DNA of 61,971 nt, filler included, from Actinomycetota bacterium (GTDB taxonomy: Bacteria; Actinomycetota; CADDZG01; JAHWKV01; JAOPZY01), in NCBI GenBank assembly GCA_025963875.1. It is 5 parts of 5 records of this genome, joined end to end, with 100 filler letters (N's around TTAATTAATTAA, not from the genome) between each part and the next. Parts side by side here need not be neighbours in the genome. Positions count along the whole stretch, not along the records: positions 31,898 to 57,760 come from JAOPZY010000117.1; 4 more parts are not named here. One strand, 5' to 3'. The notes under the pieces were generated by a model. That model did no database searches. It saw only the letters and a program-made list of their open reading frames with translations, and had not been told where the DNA came from. Both the position numbers and the translations under genes were made by a program. Of the stretch, positions 35,291-46,207 are shown in pieces (position 1 is the stretch's first letter; every line of letters begins with the position of its first letter).

Positions 35291-36435
35291 GTGGCGGTGG
35301 CGGTCAGGGCGACGAGGCGGTTCTTGAGCTCGGCCCGCTGCGCCGTGTAGTCGTCCTCCTCGACGCTGCCGGCCGCGTGGGCCTCGTCCAGGGCGGCGAT
35401 CTCCTCGATGAGCTGCTCACGCTCACCGCGCTCTTGCCTCCCGCGCTTCCGGAGCAGCCTCGGCACCCCCACCGCGGAGGCCACGACCAGGACCAGGAGG
35501 GCGCCGAGCCCGAGGTACAGCGTCACCGACGTCGAGCTGGCGGGGGCGATGTTGGCGTTGAGCGTCGTGCCGGGCGCCAGGTTGGCCCCCTGGTAGTCCC
35601 GGTAGTCCTTCTTGTTGATCGTCACCGACTTGCGGAAGGTGAGGCCCGGCCCGGACAGGGTCAGGCCCGGGTCGACGAGCAGGTCGACCTTGGACGTGGC
35701 GTAGATGACCGGCAGGTTCATCCCCCAGCCGCTGCGGGGGACGGCGATGTTGTAGATGTAGGAGACGTCCGTGTTGCCGGGCTGGACAGGGTCGGTGGAA
35801 GCCACCAAACCGTCCGGGGCGGCCGTCAGCCCGTTCGCCAGGCCCTGCACGGGCGAGAAGGCGGTGGCGCCGGCGGGGATCGGCAGCTCCAGCGTGGCGG
35901 GCGGCCCGGGCGCTGCGGGATTGGGGCTGCCGATGTAGCTGCGGTCGCTCGAGTTGTGCGCCGTCAGGAGCTGCAGGACGTTGTAGTTGCCCTGCTTGCC
36001 GATGATCACTGTCAGGGTCGTGGCGGGGATGGAGAGCACCGTGGGGTCGGTCGTCGTCTGGTAGATCTTGAGGGTGGCGGGGGAGCCCGGTGTCGCCTCC
36101 GCCGAATACGTGACGCCGAGGTAGTCGGTTCCCACGACGAAGTGGTCGCCGGGCTGGCCCGGGAACCCGTCGATCCTGAAGGCTCCGCCAGGGCCCACCG
36201 ACGCCCTCTTCGTCGCCACCTGTTTGGTCACGCCGGCGTCCACCTCGGTGGCGGTGACCGTCAGGCCCCCCGGGACCGACGCACCGGCGGTCCCGTTGAC
36301 GATGCCCCCCGAGATGCTGACCGGGGCGGCCGCCTGGGCGGTGACCGTGGTCCCTGCCGCCGCCGCCGTGCCGGGTGCCAGCGCCGCCAGCCACAAGACG
36401 AGGATCCCTGCGGCGGCGGTTGCAGTTCGCCTCAC
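35287..36435 (-). CDS. Exported, C-terminally anchored protein of the ccm operon
   Basis: Signal peptide, G.IVNGT beta-rich domain, TM, then LIEEIAALDE.H..G......Y...RAELK. Confidence 0.75.
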   Translation of the reverse strand: MRRTATAAAGILVLWLAALAPGTAAAAGTTVTAQAAAPVSISGGIVNGTAGASVPGGLTVTATEVDAGVTKQVATKRASVGPGGAFRIDGFPGQPGDHFVVGTDYLGVTYSAEATPGSPATLKIYQTTTDPTVLSIPATTLTVIIGKQGNYNVLQLLTAHNSSDRSYIGSPNPAAPGPPATLELPIPAGATAFSPVQGLANGLTAAPDGLVASTDPVQPGNTDVSYIYNIAVPRSGWGMNLPVIYATSKVDLLVDPGLTLSGPGLTFRKSVTINKKDYRDYQGANLAPGTTLNANIAPASSTSVTLYLGLGALLVLVVASAVGVPRLLRKRGRQERGEREQLIEEIAALDEAHAAGSVEEDDYTAQRAELKNRLVALTATAT

Positions 36436-36809
36436 GTGGTGGGGCGCCGCCGCTCCCGGGCCGCGGCGATCTCGGCTTCGAGGGTGTCCTGCGGTGCGCC
36501 CTGCGGCGGTGGGGCCCCGGCCGCCTCCGCGGCCGCCGCCATGGCGTCCATCTCGCGCAGGAGGGCGAGCGCCTCCACCTCGTGCTGGTGGCGGAGGATC
36601 CCGTAGTCCTCCTCGGCCACCTTGCCGACGGAGCGGTCGTACTCCAGGTCCAGGATGGACCGGTAGACGGCGTGCTTGGCGTCGACCAGTTCCTTCCACT
36701 TGGCGTCCTCGACTCCTCCCGGAGGTGTCACCCGCCGTGGGCGGCGGAGCGGCTGGAGGATCCAGAGGGCGAGGCCGGCCATGACGATTCCCAGGAGGGC
36801 CGGCGTCAT
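36432..36809 (-). CDS. CcmI N-terminal-like protein
   Basis: TM, then K..VY.SI.DLEYD...GK..EEDY..LR. Confidence 0.7.
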   Translation of the reverse strand: MTPALLGIVMAGLALWILQPLRRPRRVTPPGGVEDAKWKELVDAKHAVYRSILDLEYDRSVGKVAEEDYGILRHQHEVEALALLREMDAMAAAAEAAGAPPPQGAPQDTLEAEIAAARERRRPTT

Positions 36810-37291
36810 TCGGAGGTCTCCTGGGCGAAGCGCCGCAGGTCGGCGGCGATCCGGGCCTGGTCACCCGGCGCGATGGCGGACACCAACTCCTCGGCGCGGT
36901 CCTCGTCCCGGGTGCGGGGGCGCCGGAGGGCCAGGGCCGCCACGACGCCGAGACCCGCCAGCACCGCCGCCGCGGGCACGGCCCAGGCCATCAGGTTGCG
37001 CGGGGAGCCGATCACGGTTTTCGGGTAGTTGGCCAGGAGGAACGAATCGATCTCGCGGTTGGTCCTGCCGCCGGACACCATCCCGGCGATCGTGGCCCGG
37101 AGGCGGAGCGCCTCGCTCGACGGGCAGGCGGCCAGGGTGAGCCCGACGCAGAACGGCGACATGGTCCGGTTGTCGACCTCCTGGGCGCTCGGCACCGCGT
37201 TGGGGCTCGGACCCCGGGCGGCCGACAGGCCGGTGGCCACCGCGATCACCACAAGTCCCGCGACGGCGACGAGGGGGAGGAGCCGCCTCAT
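36806..37291 (-). CDS. ccmH: CcmH-like protein (SPFC variant)
   Basis: MSPFCVGLTLAACPS..A..LR..I..M...G....EI..F....Y; WAVP TM. Confidence 0.8.
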   Translation of the reverse strand: MRRLLPLVAVAGLVVIAVATGLSAARGPSPNAVPSAQEVDNRTMSPFCVGLTLAACPSSEALRLRATIAGMVSGGRTNREIDSFLLANYPKTVIGSPRNLMAWAVPAAAVLAGLGVVAALALRRPRTRDEDRAEELVSAIAPGDQARIAADLRRFAQETSE

Positions 37292-39303
37292 GCCGGCACC
37301 GCCACGCGCTTGCGGCGCGTCGCCCCGGAGCCGGGCGCTCCGGGAACGGGCTCGGGCGGCCCGACGGGGGACCGGGCGGTGAGGATCACCACCATGCCCG
37401 CCGCCATCACGACCCCGCCGAGCCAGATCCACGCCACGAGGGGGTTGACCCAGGCCCGGAAGGTGCCGGTCGCGGTGGTGGGATCCAGCGGGTTCACGAC
37501 GATATAGAGGTCCTCGGCGAGCGTCGACCGCAGGGCGATCTCGGACTGCTGCTGGCGCTGGGCGAGATGGAAGTTCTGCTGGGGGCGCAGCGTCGTCAGG
37601 TGCCTGCCGCCCCGGGAGACGTCCATGACGGCTTCGGAGATCAGCTTCTCCGGCGTCGAGCGGAGGTTGATCGAGGCGAAGCGGATCGTGTACGCACCCA
37701 CCTGGAAGGAGTCGCCCTTGGTGACGGACCCGGTCCAGGTGGTGACGAAGGCGGCCCCCGCGAGCCCGAGGAAGATGAGCACCACGCCGAGGTGGACGAT
37801 GTAGCCGCCATAGCGCCGGCGGTTCCGGCTGAGTGTCCGGCCGAGAGCCCTTGGCAGCGACAGCCCCTCGGTCCGGCGGTGCGCCTGCGCCCCCCTGGCG
37901 AACTCGCTGACGATGGTGACGGTGACGAAGGCGCACAGGGCAAGAGCGAGCGCCGCCCCCGCCGAGCGGACGCCGGCGGCGAACAGGGCGAGGATCGTCA
38001 CGACCCCTGCGGCCAGCGGAAGGCTGAGGGACCGCCGCAGCCCCCGCGACGACGCCCGCCGCCAGGCGACGAGCGGGCCGATCCCCATCAGTCCGAGCAG
38101 CGCCAGGCCGAGCGGGACGACCACCGCGTTGAAATAGGGAGGCCCCACCGAGACCTGCTGGCCGGTGATGGCCTCGACGACGACCGGGTACAGGGTGCCC
38201 CATAGCACCGTGAACGCGATGGCGACGAACACGAGGTTGTTGAAGAGGAACATCGACTCCCGGGACACCGCCGCGTCGAGGTGGCGCTTGGAGCGCAGGC
38301 GGTCGAGACGGAAGCCGAGCAGGGCGAAGGAGCCGATCGCCAGCACGGCGAGGAAGGGCAGGAAGTACCGCCCCACGGGCGACTCGGAGAAGGTGTGGAC
38401 CGACGACAGCAGGCCCGACCGGGTCAGGAACGTGCCGAGCACGGCGAGCGAGTACGTCGAGAGGATCAGGGCGACGTTCCAGATCTTCAGCATCCCTCGC
38501 CGCTCCTGGATCATCACCGAGTGAAGGAACGCGGTTGCGGTCAGCCACGGGAGCAGCGAGGCGTTCTCCACCGGGTCCCACGCCCAGTAGCCGCCCCAGC
38601 CCAGTTCCATGTAGGCCCAGGCCGCGCCGAGGATGATCCCGACGGACAGGAAGGCCCAGGCGAGCACCGTCCACCGCCGGGTCGAGGTGAACCACGACGA
38701 GTCCAACCGTCCGGACACCAGGGCGGAGACCGCGAAGGCGAAGGGGACGGAGAACCCGGTGAAGCCGAGGTAGAGCATCACCGGGTGGATGTTCATGAAG
38801 GGCGACTGCAGGAGCGGGTTGAGGCCCTGGCCGTCGACCGGGATCGGCGAGGACGAGACGAAGGCGTTTGCGCCGAAGGCCAGAACGACGGCGAAGAACA
38901 CCAGGATGCCCGACAGCACCGCCGTGGCCACGGGCACCAGTTCGGGTCGCCGGGGAGCCTGCACCGCGATGGCGGAGGAGGCGTAGAGCGAGGTCAGCAG
39001 GGTCCAGAACAGCAGGCTTCCCGCCATGCCCGCCCACAGGGCGGTGAGGGAGTAGGGGAACCGGGTGGAGCGGCTTGTGACCTGGGTGACGTAGAGGATC
39101 GAGAAGTCGTGGCGCATGAGCGCCAGGGCCAGCCACAGTGCCGCGACGACGAGCAGGCCGGTGGTGGCGTAGAGGCCCCGGCGCCCCGACGTGGTCAGCC
39201 TCGGGTCGTGGCGGCGGCGCCCGAGCAACGAGGCCGCGGCGCCCCATGCGGACGTTGCGATCGCTGCGTAGAGCAGGATGCGCCCTACGAGCCCTGCGTC
39301 CAT
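37288..39303 (-). CDS. ccmF: Cytochrome c heme lyase CcmF
   Basis: WAG.AGSLLFW, GLNPLLQ, IHP, WAYMELGWGGYWAWDPVENASLLPWL, TRSG...SVHTF. Confidence 0.97.
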   Translation of the reverse strand: MDAGLVGRILLYAAIATSAWGAAASLLGRRRHDPRLTTSGRRGLYATTGLLVVAALWLALALMRHDFSILYVTQVTSRSTRFPYSLTALWAGMAGSLLFWTLLTSLYASSAIAVQAPRRPELVPVATAVLSGILVFFAVVLAFGANAFVSSSPIPVDGQGLNPLLQSPFMNIHPVMLYLGFTGFSVPFAFAVSALVSGRLDSSWFTSTRRWTVLAWAFLSVGIILGAAWAYMELGWGGYWAWDPVENASLLPWLTATAFLHSVMIQERRGMLKIWNVALILSTYSLAVLGTFLTRSGLLSSVHTFSESPVGRYFLPFLAVLAIGSFALLGFRLDRLRSKRHLDAAVSRESMFLFNNLVFVAIAFTVLWGTLYPVVVEAITGQQVSVGPPYFNAVVVPLGLALLGLMGIGPLVAWRRASSRGLRRSLSLPLAAGVVTILALFAAGVRSAGAALALALCAFVTVTIVSEFARGAQAHRRTEGLSLPRALGRTLSRNRRRYGGYIVHLGVVLIFLGLAGAAFVTTWTGSVTKGDSFQVGAYTIRFASINLRSTPEKLISEAVMDVSRGGRHLTTLRPQQNFHLAQRQQQSEIALRSTLAEDLYIVVNPLDPTTATGTFRAWVNPLVAWIWLGGVVMAAGMVVILTARSPVGPPEPVPGAPGSGATRRKRVAVPA

Positions 39304-39316
39304 CGCACAGCCTCTC

Positions 39317-39736
39317 TCAGGTGGAGACTTTGGCCGAGAACTTCGAAGGGCACTTGGCCAGCACGTCCGTGGCGGTGAAGACTCCCCCGCCGGTCATCGA
39401 CCCCTCGGCGACGACGGTGACCCCGGCGGTGAAGGTGTCGGGCAGCAGGGCCGCGGTGGTGATGGGCAGGGTCGCCTTGCCGTCCTGGATCGTGAACGTG
39501 GTCACGGCCCCGTTGTGCACGACCGTGTCCTTGGCGACGACGCCGGCCACCCGGATGCGCTGGTTGGCCCGGTACGACCCGGCCTTCATCTCGGCAGGCG
39601 TGCGGTAGTAGGCGGTGGCGCCCGAGATCGAGAAGCCGATCAGCCCGGCGATGGCGAGGACGACCACGCATGCGGCGATGCCGAAGCGGAGCCTCGCACT
39701 CACCGGGAAGGACTCGACGGGGGCCTCATGAGGCAA
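39317..39736 (-). CDS. ccmE: Heme chaperone CcmE (Cys variant)
   Basis: YYRTP.E, IRVAG.V, PDTF, VVAEG, VLAKCPSKF. Confidence 0.92.
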   Translation of the reverse strand: MPHEAPVESFPVSARLRFGIAACVVVLAIAGLIGFSISGATAYYRTPAEMKAGSYRANQRIRVAGVVAKDTVVHNGAVTTFTIQDGKATLPITTAALLPDTFTAGVTVVAEGSMTGGGVFTATDVLAKCPSKFSAKVST

Positions 39737-39784
39737 TCATCTTAGTCACCCCGCGAAACCTGTGAGCGCCTGGTAGCGCCTAAT

Positions 39785-40822
39785 ATGGGGCCACCGATGC
39801 GCCGACGGCTCCGCTTCCTGTCCCTGGTGTTGATTGCCGCATTGGTCGGTGCCGGCTGCACCTCCAGCCCCGCCCCCTCGGGATCCGGCAGCCCCGACGC
39901 CGTGGTCGACACCTCAGCTCCTCCCCCGGCCGCCAGCCCCACGCCCTTACCGCCGCCGACCGGTCCGCCGCTCACCGCCCCCCTTGCCGCCAGCAGCCAC
40001 TTCCTCCTCTTTGTCGGCGGCAGCCTCCTCACCCATGCCGTGACGCGGATCGAAGGCCAGGACGTCGACGCCTCCGGGCCGAGGGCGGTCATGAACGGGG
40101 CGCCGACCAACCCTGCCGAGGCGGTCCATGCCCCCTCGCTGTCCCCGGACCGCACCAGGGTCGCGTACGTCCAGGGCCCGCCGGACACCATCCAGACCAC
40201 CGCCCAGGGAACGCTCATCCTCCAGAACGTCGACGGGACCGGCGCCAGGGTCCTCGTGCCGGGGGCCGCCGGCTCGCCCGCCTGGTCGCACGACGGGAAG
40301 CTGATCGCCTTCCTGCACGACGGCCACAACCTTGCGGTCATGTCGGCGGACGGCTCGGGGCGGCGCAACCTCGACCTGGCGTTGTCCGTCAACCCCCACC
40401 TGGCCTGGTCGCCGGACGGGACGAAGATCGCCGTGGGATCGGGCAACCCCTCCCGCCTGGCAATCGTCGACGTGACGGCCGCCACGTTCACCTACGTCGG
40501 TTCGGGGGGCGTCCAGCAGGACAACCCGGCCTGGTCGCCCGACGGAAAGCAGCTCGTCTACTACCAGGCCGGCGCCAACGCGCTGATCATGTCGAACCCC
40601 GACGGCACCGCCGCCAGGCAGCTCACGGTCTGCATCCACCCCGAGTGCATCCGGGACCTGGAGCCGTCCTGGTCCCCCGACGGCCTCTTCATCGCCTTTG
40701 CCCGGTTCGCCCCCGCCACCGCCAGGGAGGGCGGCGAGCAGATCTACCTGATCCGCTCCACCGGCGGCACTCCCACCAAGCTGACCTCGGGCCTCGAAGA
40801 GCACGCCTCGCCTTCTTGGTAA
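39785..40822 (+). CDS. TolB-like/PD40 beta-propeller lipoprotein
   Basis: Lipobox GAGC, Pro-rich linker, repeated P.WSPDG..IA. Confidence 0.88.
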   Translation: MGPPMRRRLRFLSLVLIAALVGAGCTSSPAPSGSGSPDAVVDTSAPPPAASPTPLPPPTGPPLTAPLAASSHFLLFVGGSLLTHAVTRIEGQDVDASGPRAVMNGAPTNPAEAVHAPSLSPDRTRVAYVQGPPDTIQTTAQGTLILQNVDGTGARVLVPGAAGSPAWSHDGKLIAFLHDGHNLAVMSADGSGRRNLDLALSVNPHLAWSPDGTKIAVGSGNPSRLAIVDVTAATFTYVGSGGVQQDNPAWSPDGKQLVYYQAGANALIMSNPDGTAARQLTVCIHPECIRDLEPSWSPDGLFIAFARFAPATAREGGEQIYLIRSTGGTPTKLTSGLEEHASPSW

Positions 40823-40837
40823 GCCTAGATGTGCGAA

Positions 40838-40880
40838 GTTAGGTAAAAAAGTGTTGCTATAGCTGACAAAATTACCTAAC
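40838..40880. repeat. AT-rich imperfect palindrome between convergent genes
   Basis: GTTAGGTAA...GCTATAGC...TTACCTAAC. Confidence 0.7.
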
Positions 40881-40889
40881 CTCGTGGCC

Positions 40890-41354
40890 CTATGGGGAGG
40901 CGGGGGACGTGGCTGCCGTCGGGATGACGCCGCAGGACGCCGTCGTCGGGTCGGTGGTCGAGCGCTGAACGACGATCACGTAGGGCGACGAGGAGAGCTC
41001 GCCCAGGGTCGAGTTCACGGGGCTGGTCGTCGACTGCCCCTTGACGACCGCGTTGAGGGCAAACTTCGGGTCCGGGGCGAAGCCGTTGCACGTGCCGGCG
41101 TGGATCGAGGCGGGCTGCTGGGGGCCGGGGGCGTTCTGCAGCGAGATGGTCACCGAGAGCACCACGCTCGGCGACTCGGTGAGCTTGGCCGCCCCGGACT
41201 GGCCCCCGTTGGCGGCCTGCATCGTGACGTCGGAGATCTGGCCGACGGCGCCACCGCCGATGGTGGGGTTGTCGTTGCTCGACGACGAGCACGATCCCAG
41301 GGCCACCGCAGCCGCGGTCAGGGCCGCTGCCCAGGCAATCTTCAGAGGGCTCAC
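40890..41354 (-). CDS. Lipoprotein, SOD_Cu/CHRD-like fold
   Basis: Lipobox LGSC, QSG.A.L, QPASIHAGTC, SCG.I. Confidence 0.7.
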   Translation of the reverse strand: MSPLKIAWAAALTAAAVALGSCSSSSNDNPTIGGGAVGQISDVTMQAANGGQSGAAKLTESPSVVLSVTISLQNAPGPQQPASIHAGTCNGFAPDPKFALNAVVKGQSTTSPVNSTLGELSSSPYVIVVQRSTTDPTTASCGVIPTAATSPASP

Positions 41355-41516
41355 GGGGCGATACCGTACATCGCCGGGACGGGCTGCGGCACGCCGGGTA
41401 GGCTCGAAGCGCAGCCTCCCCCCGGCTCTCCCCCCACAGGGTGGTCGTCCGCCGGATGTTGCTCAACGTTCGACTAGGATGGCTGCGAAGGTCACGGATC
41501 GGGAGGAGGTACCGGG

Positions 41517-42947
41517 TTGTCGGAGTGTGACGTCGTCGTGGTCGGTGGGGGGCCGGGAGGCTCGGCGGCGGCCTACTTCCTGGCCCGGGCCGGGGCCAAC
41601 GTCGTCCAGCTGGAGAAGAAGGCCTTCCCCCGTGCCAAGACCTGTGGCGACGGTCTGACGCCGAGGGCAGTCGCAATGATGCGGGAGATGGGCCTCCAGT
41701 CCGAGCTCGACACCTACCACCGGGCGAGCGGCATCCGCATCATCGCCACCGGCAAGGAGCTGGAGCTGCCCTTCCCGAAGGCCTCCACCGCACCCGACTT
41801 CGCCCTCATCCGTCCCCGCAAGGATTTCGACGCCACGCTGGCCGCCAATGCCCAAGCCGCGGGGGCCGAGCTGCGGACCCGCACCGAGGCCGTCGCCCCG
41901 TACATGGAGGACGGGAGGGTGGCGGGGGTGAGATGGGTCCGCAAGGAACCCGTCGAGGGCGGCGGCGTCGTCAAGGCCGACGAGGGGATCCTGCACGCCC
42001 CCTTCGTCGTCGTGGCCGACGGGGCATCCTCGTCCTTCGGGCGTGCACTGGGCGTCGCCCGCCGCACCGACACGCCACTCGGGCTCGCCGTCCGCACCTA
42101 CTACGAGACCGACCGCTCCAACGACGGCTTCCTCGAGGCCTGGCTGGAGGTCCGCAACGCCGACGACAAGATGATGCCGGGCTACGGCTGGCTCTTCCCG
42201 GTCGGCGACGGGACGGTCAACGTCGGGGTGGGGCTGCTCTCCACCACCCGCCGGGCGCACAAGATCAACCTCAACGAACTGCAGCGGGCGTTCGTCGACG
42301 GGCTGCCGGAGCGCTACCACATCGGCCACGACGGGCAGGTGGGACCCTACAAGTCGGGGCGCCTGCCGCTCGGCTGGAACGTCCCGAAGCCCTACGGGCC
42401 GGGCTGGCTGGCCATCGGCGACGCCGCCGGCGTCATCAACCCCCTCACCGGCGAGGGCATCGCCTACGCGATGGAGACGGGAAAGATGGCGGCCGGACTC
42501 ATTGCGTCGGCCCTGGCAGACGGCTCGTCCGCCGAGCTCAGCGCCTACCGGGACGCCCTGAAGGACACCTACGCCGCCTACTACCGCCTCGGGCTCGACT
42601 TCCTCCGGCTGATCTCGCATCCCCGCCTCTTCGAAAGGCTCACGTCGATGGGGATGACCTCGAAGACCTGGATGTCGTTCCTCGTCCAGGTGATGGTCAA
42701 CGTCGCCGAGCCGCGCGGCGGCGGGCCGGGGGACCGGACCTTCCGGGCGGCGGTCAAGGTCTACGAGCACCGCCTGGAGCACCTGCACGACCCGACCATC
42801 GCCGCCCCGCCGGTCCGCCGCACGTCGACGAAGCGCCTCGACGTCTCCGGCAACGGGTCGATGCCCAATGGCGTGGCCGCGAGCGGTGCGGCGGCGAACG
42901 GAGGGAAGACTGTCAGCGAAACAGATAAGGGAGCTCCGGTTCCGTGA
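41517..42947 (+). CDS. menJ: Geranylgeranyl reductase family protein, probable menaquinone reductase
   Basis: [46 protein letters not shown]; directly upstream of nuoA. Confidence 0.8.
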   Translation: MSECDVVVVGGGPGGSAAAYFLARAGANVVQLEKKAFPRAKTCGDGLTPRAVAMMREMGLQSELDTYHRASGIRIIATGKELELPFPKASTAPDFALIRPRKDFDATLAANAQAAGAELRTRTEAVAPYMEDGRVAGVRWVRKEPVEGGGVVKADEGILHAPFVVVADGASSSFGRALGVARRTDTPLGLAVRTYYETDRSNDGFLEAWLEVRNADDKMMPGYGWLFPVGDGTVNVGVGLLSTTRRAHKINLNELQRAFVDGLPERYHIGHDGQVGPYKSGRLPLGWNVPKPYGPGWLAIGDAAGVINPLTGEGIAYAMETGKMAAGLIASALADGSSAELSAYRDALKDTYAAYYRLGLDFLRLISHPRLFERLTSMGMTSKTWMSFLVQVMVNVAEPRGGGPGDRTFRAAVKVYEHRLEHLHDPTIAAPPVRRTSTKRLDVSGNGSMPNGVAASGAAANGGKTVSETDKGAPVP

Positions 42948-43306
42948 CGCTGAACGACTACTTCCCGATCCTGCTCCTGACCGTCGTCGTCGGGTTCTTC
43001 GCCGTCTTCTCCTTCGTGGCCTCCAACCTCCTAGCCCCCCGGCACCCGACGCCGGCAAAGCTCTCGCCGTACGAGTCGGGCATCGAGCCCGTCGCCATGA
43101 TCGGCAACGAGCCGTTCCCCATCAGGTTCTACGTCATCGCCATGCTCTTCATCGTCTTCGACGTGGAGTCGGTGTTCCTGTTCCCCTGGGCCGTCGTCTT
43201 CCGGTCGCTCGGCCGGGGCGGCGTCTTCGAGATGGCGGCCTTCGTAGCCTTTCTCCTGGGGGCCTACGTCTACGTCCTCAAGCGGGGTGGTCTGGAATGG
43301 GAGTAG
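42944..43306 (+). CDS. nuoA: NADH-quinone oxidoreductase subunit A
   Basis: [26 protein letters not shown]. Confidence 0.96.
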   Translation: MTLNDYFPILLLTVVVGFFAVFSFVASNLLAPRHPTPAKLSPYESGIEPVAMIGNEPFPIRFYVIAMLFIVFDVESVFLFPWAVVFRSLGRGGVFEMAAFVAFLLGAYVYVLKRGGLEWE

Positions 43307-43857
43307 ATCAGGCGCCGCCGCCGGGGCTGGTGGGGCCACCCAGCGAGGATCCGGCCCACCTCCTCGTCCGGGCCAACGAGCCCCGGGTGGGGGTTGGCAT
43401 CGTCACCGGGACGCTCGACCGGGTGGTGGACTGGGCACGGCGGTCGAGCCTGTGGCCCGCCACGTTCGGTCTGGCCTGCTGTGCCATCGAGATGATGGCG
43501 GCGGGAGCACCCCGCTTCGACCTGGCCCGCTTCGGGATGGAGGTCTTCCGTGCCTCACCCCGGCAGTCGGACCTGATGATCGTCGCCGGGCGGGTCTCCC
43601 AGAAGATGGCGCCGGTCCTCCGTCAGATCTACGACCAGATGCCTGATCCCAAGTGGGTCATCTCGATGGGGGCCTGCGCCTCCTGCGGGGGCGTCTTCAA
43701 CAACTACGCGCTTATTCAGGGGGTGGACCAGATCGTCCCGGTGGATATGTACGTGCCGGGATGTCCCCCCCGGCCGGAGATGCTGATCGACGGCATCCTC
43801 CGGCTGCACGACAAGATCCTTGCGGGGCAGTACCGGGAGCGACTCGCGCGCGCCTAG
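43297..43857 (+). CDS. nuoB: NADH-quinone oxidoreductase subunit B
   Basis: [33 protein letters not shown]. Confidence 0.97.
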   Translation: MGVDQAPPPGLVGPPSEDPAHLLVRANEPRVGVGIVTGTLDRVVDWARRSSLWPATFGLACCAIEMMAAGAPRFDLARFGMEVFRASPRQSDLMIVAGRVSQKMAPVLRQIYDQMPDPKWVISMGACASCGGVFNNYALIQGVDQIVPVDMYVPGCPPRPEMLIDGILRLHDKILAGQYRERLARA

Positions 43858-43938
43858 TCGGTCGCAGGCACGCCCAGCCCGGGTCAGGCACCCGGTTCAA
43901 CCGGTCGAACTGCCGTTAAAGAAGAAGTGGACTGACGT

Positions 43939-44466
43939 ATGGACACAACTAGCCAACCTCCTCAGATTGGCGATCCGTCCACCCAGACGGGGCAGACCGT
44001 CGCGGCCGTGGTCGCCCGCTTCCCGGGCGTCGTGTCGGAGCGGCCCTCGCCGCCTGGCGAAGCCGTGGTGTCGGTGGACGCTGCCCACTGGGCCGAGGTG
44101 GCGCGGTGGCTGCACGACGAGGGGGGGTTCAAGTTCCTGTCCGACCTCTGCGGAGTGGACTGGCCGCACCGCCGGCCTCGCTTCGATGTTGTCTGCACAC
44201 TGACCGACCTGGGCACGCCGGCCCGGATCCGGGTGGTCGTCGGCGTCGACGGGGAGCCGCCTGCGGCACCGAGCGTCACCGGCATCTGGCCCGGTGCCAA
44301 CTGGTTCGAGCGGGAGGCCTACGACATGTTCGGCATCGTCTTCCAGGGCCACCCCGACCTCACGCGCATCCTCATGCCGGACGAGTGGGAGGGCTACCCG
44401 CTTCGCAAGGACTACTCGGTGGGCAAGGTGCCCGTCGAATACAAGCACCTGTCCCCGGGTCACTGA
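43939..44466 (+). CDS. nuoC: NADH-quinone oxidoreductase subunit C
   Basis: ANWFEREAYDMFGI.F.GHPDL.RI, PLRKDY. Confidence 0.96.
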   Translation: MDTTSQPPQIGDPSTQTGQTVAAVVARFPGVVSERPSPPGEAVVSVDAAHWAEVARWLHDEGGFKFLSDLCGVDWPHRRPRFDVVCTLTDLGTPARIRVVVGVDGEPPAAPSVTGIWPGANWFEREAYDMFGIVFQGHPDLTRILMPDEWEGYPLRKDYSVGKVPVEYKHLSPGH

Positions 44467-44480
44467 AGCCGGAGAAGACC

Positions 44481-45727
<1,247 letters not shown>

Positions 45728-45731
<4 letters not shown>

Positions 45732-46207
45732 AGCGAGCCCCACTTGCCGAGCCAGCGAAGGAGATCCTTGCCCGGTATCCTCCCGACCGAAGCCGCTCCG
45801 CGGTGATGCCGCTGCTCAGGCTCGCCCAGGAGCGCGACGGCTGGGTCACCGCGGAGGCGATGGCCGAGATCGGCGACATCCTCGGCCTGAGCTCGGCGGA
45901 GGTGCTGGCAGTGGCCTCCTTCTATTCGATGTACCACCTGAAACCGAAGGGCCGGCATGTGATCAGCGTCTGCCACAACCTCGCCTGCAACCTCATGGGG
46001 GCCGAGCGCGTCATCGAGCATCTCGAGGACACCCTGGGGGTGGATTCGGAGGGCGAGACGACGGCGGACGGGGCCTTCACCCTGGAGCGGGCAGAGTGCC
46101 TGGCCGCCTGCGACGCCGCGCCGTGCCTGCAGGTCGATTACGACGCGCTGCACGCCAAGATGACGCCCGAGAGCGTCGAGGCCCTCGTCGAGGAGCTGCG
46201 GACGTGA
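45728..46207 (+). CDS. nuoE: NADH-quinone oxidoreductase subunit E
   Basis: RSAVMPLL, VASFYSM, CHNLAC, ECLAACD.AP. Confidence 0.95.
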
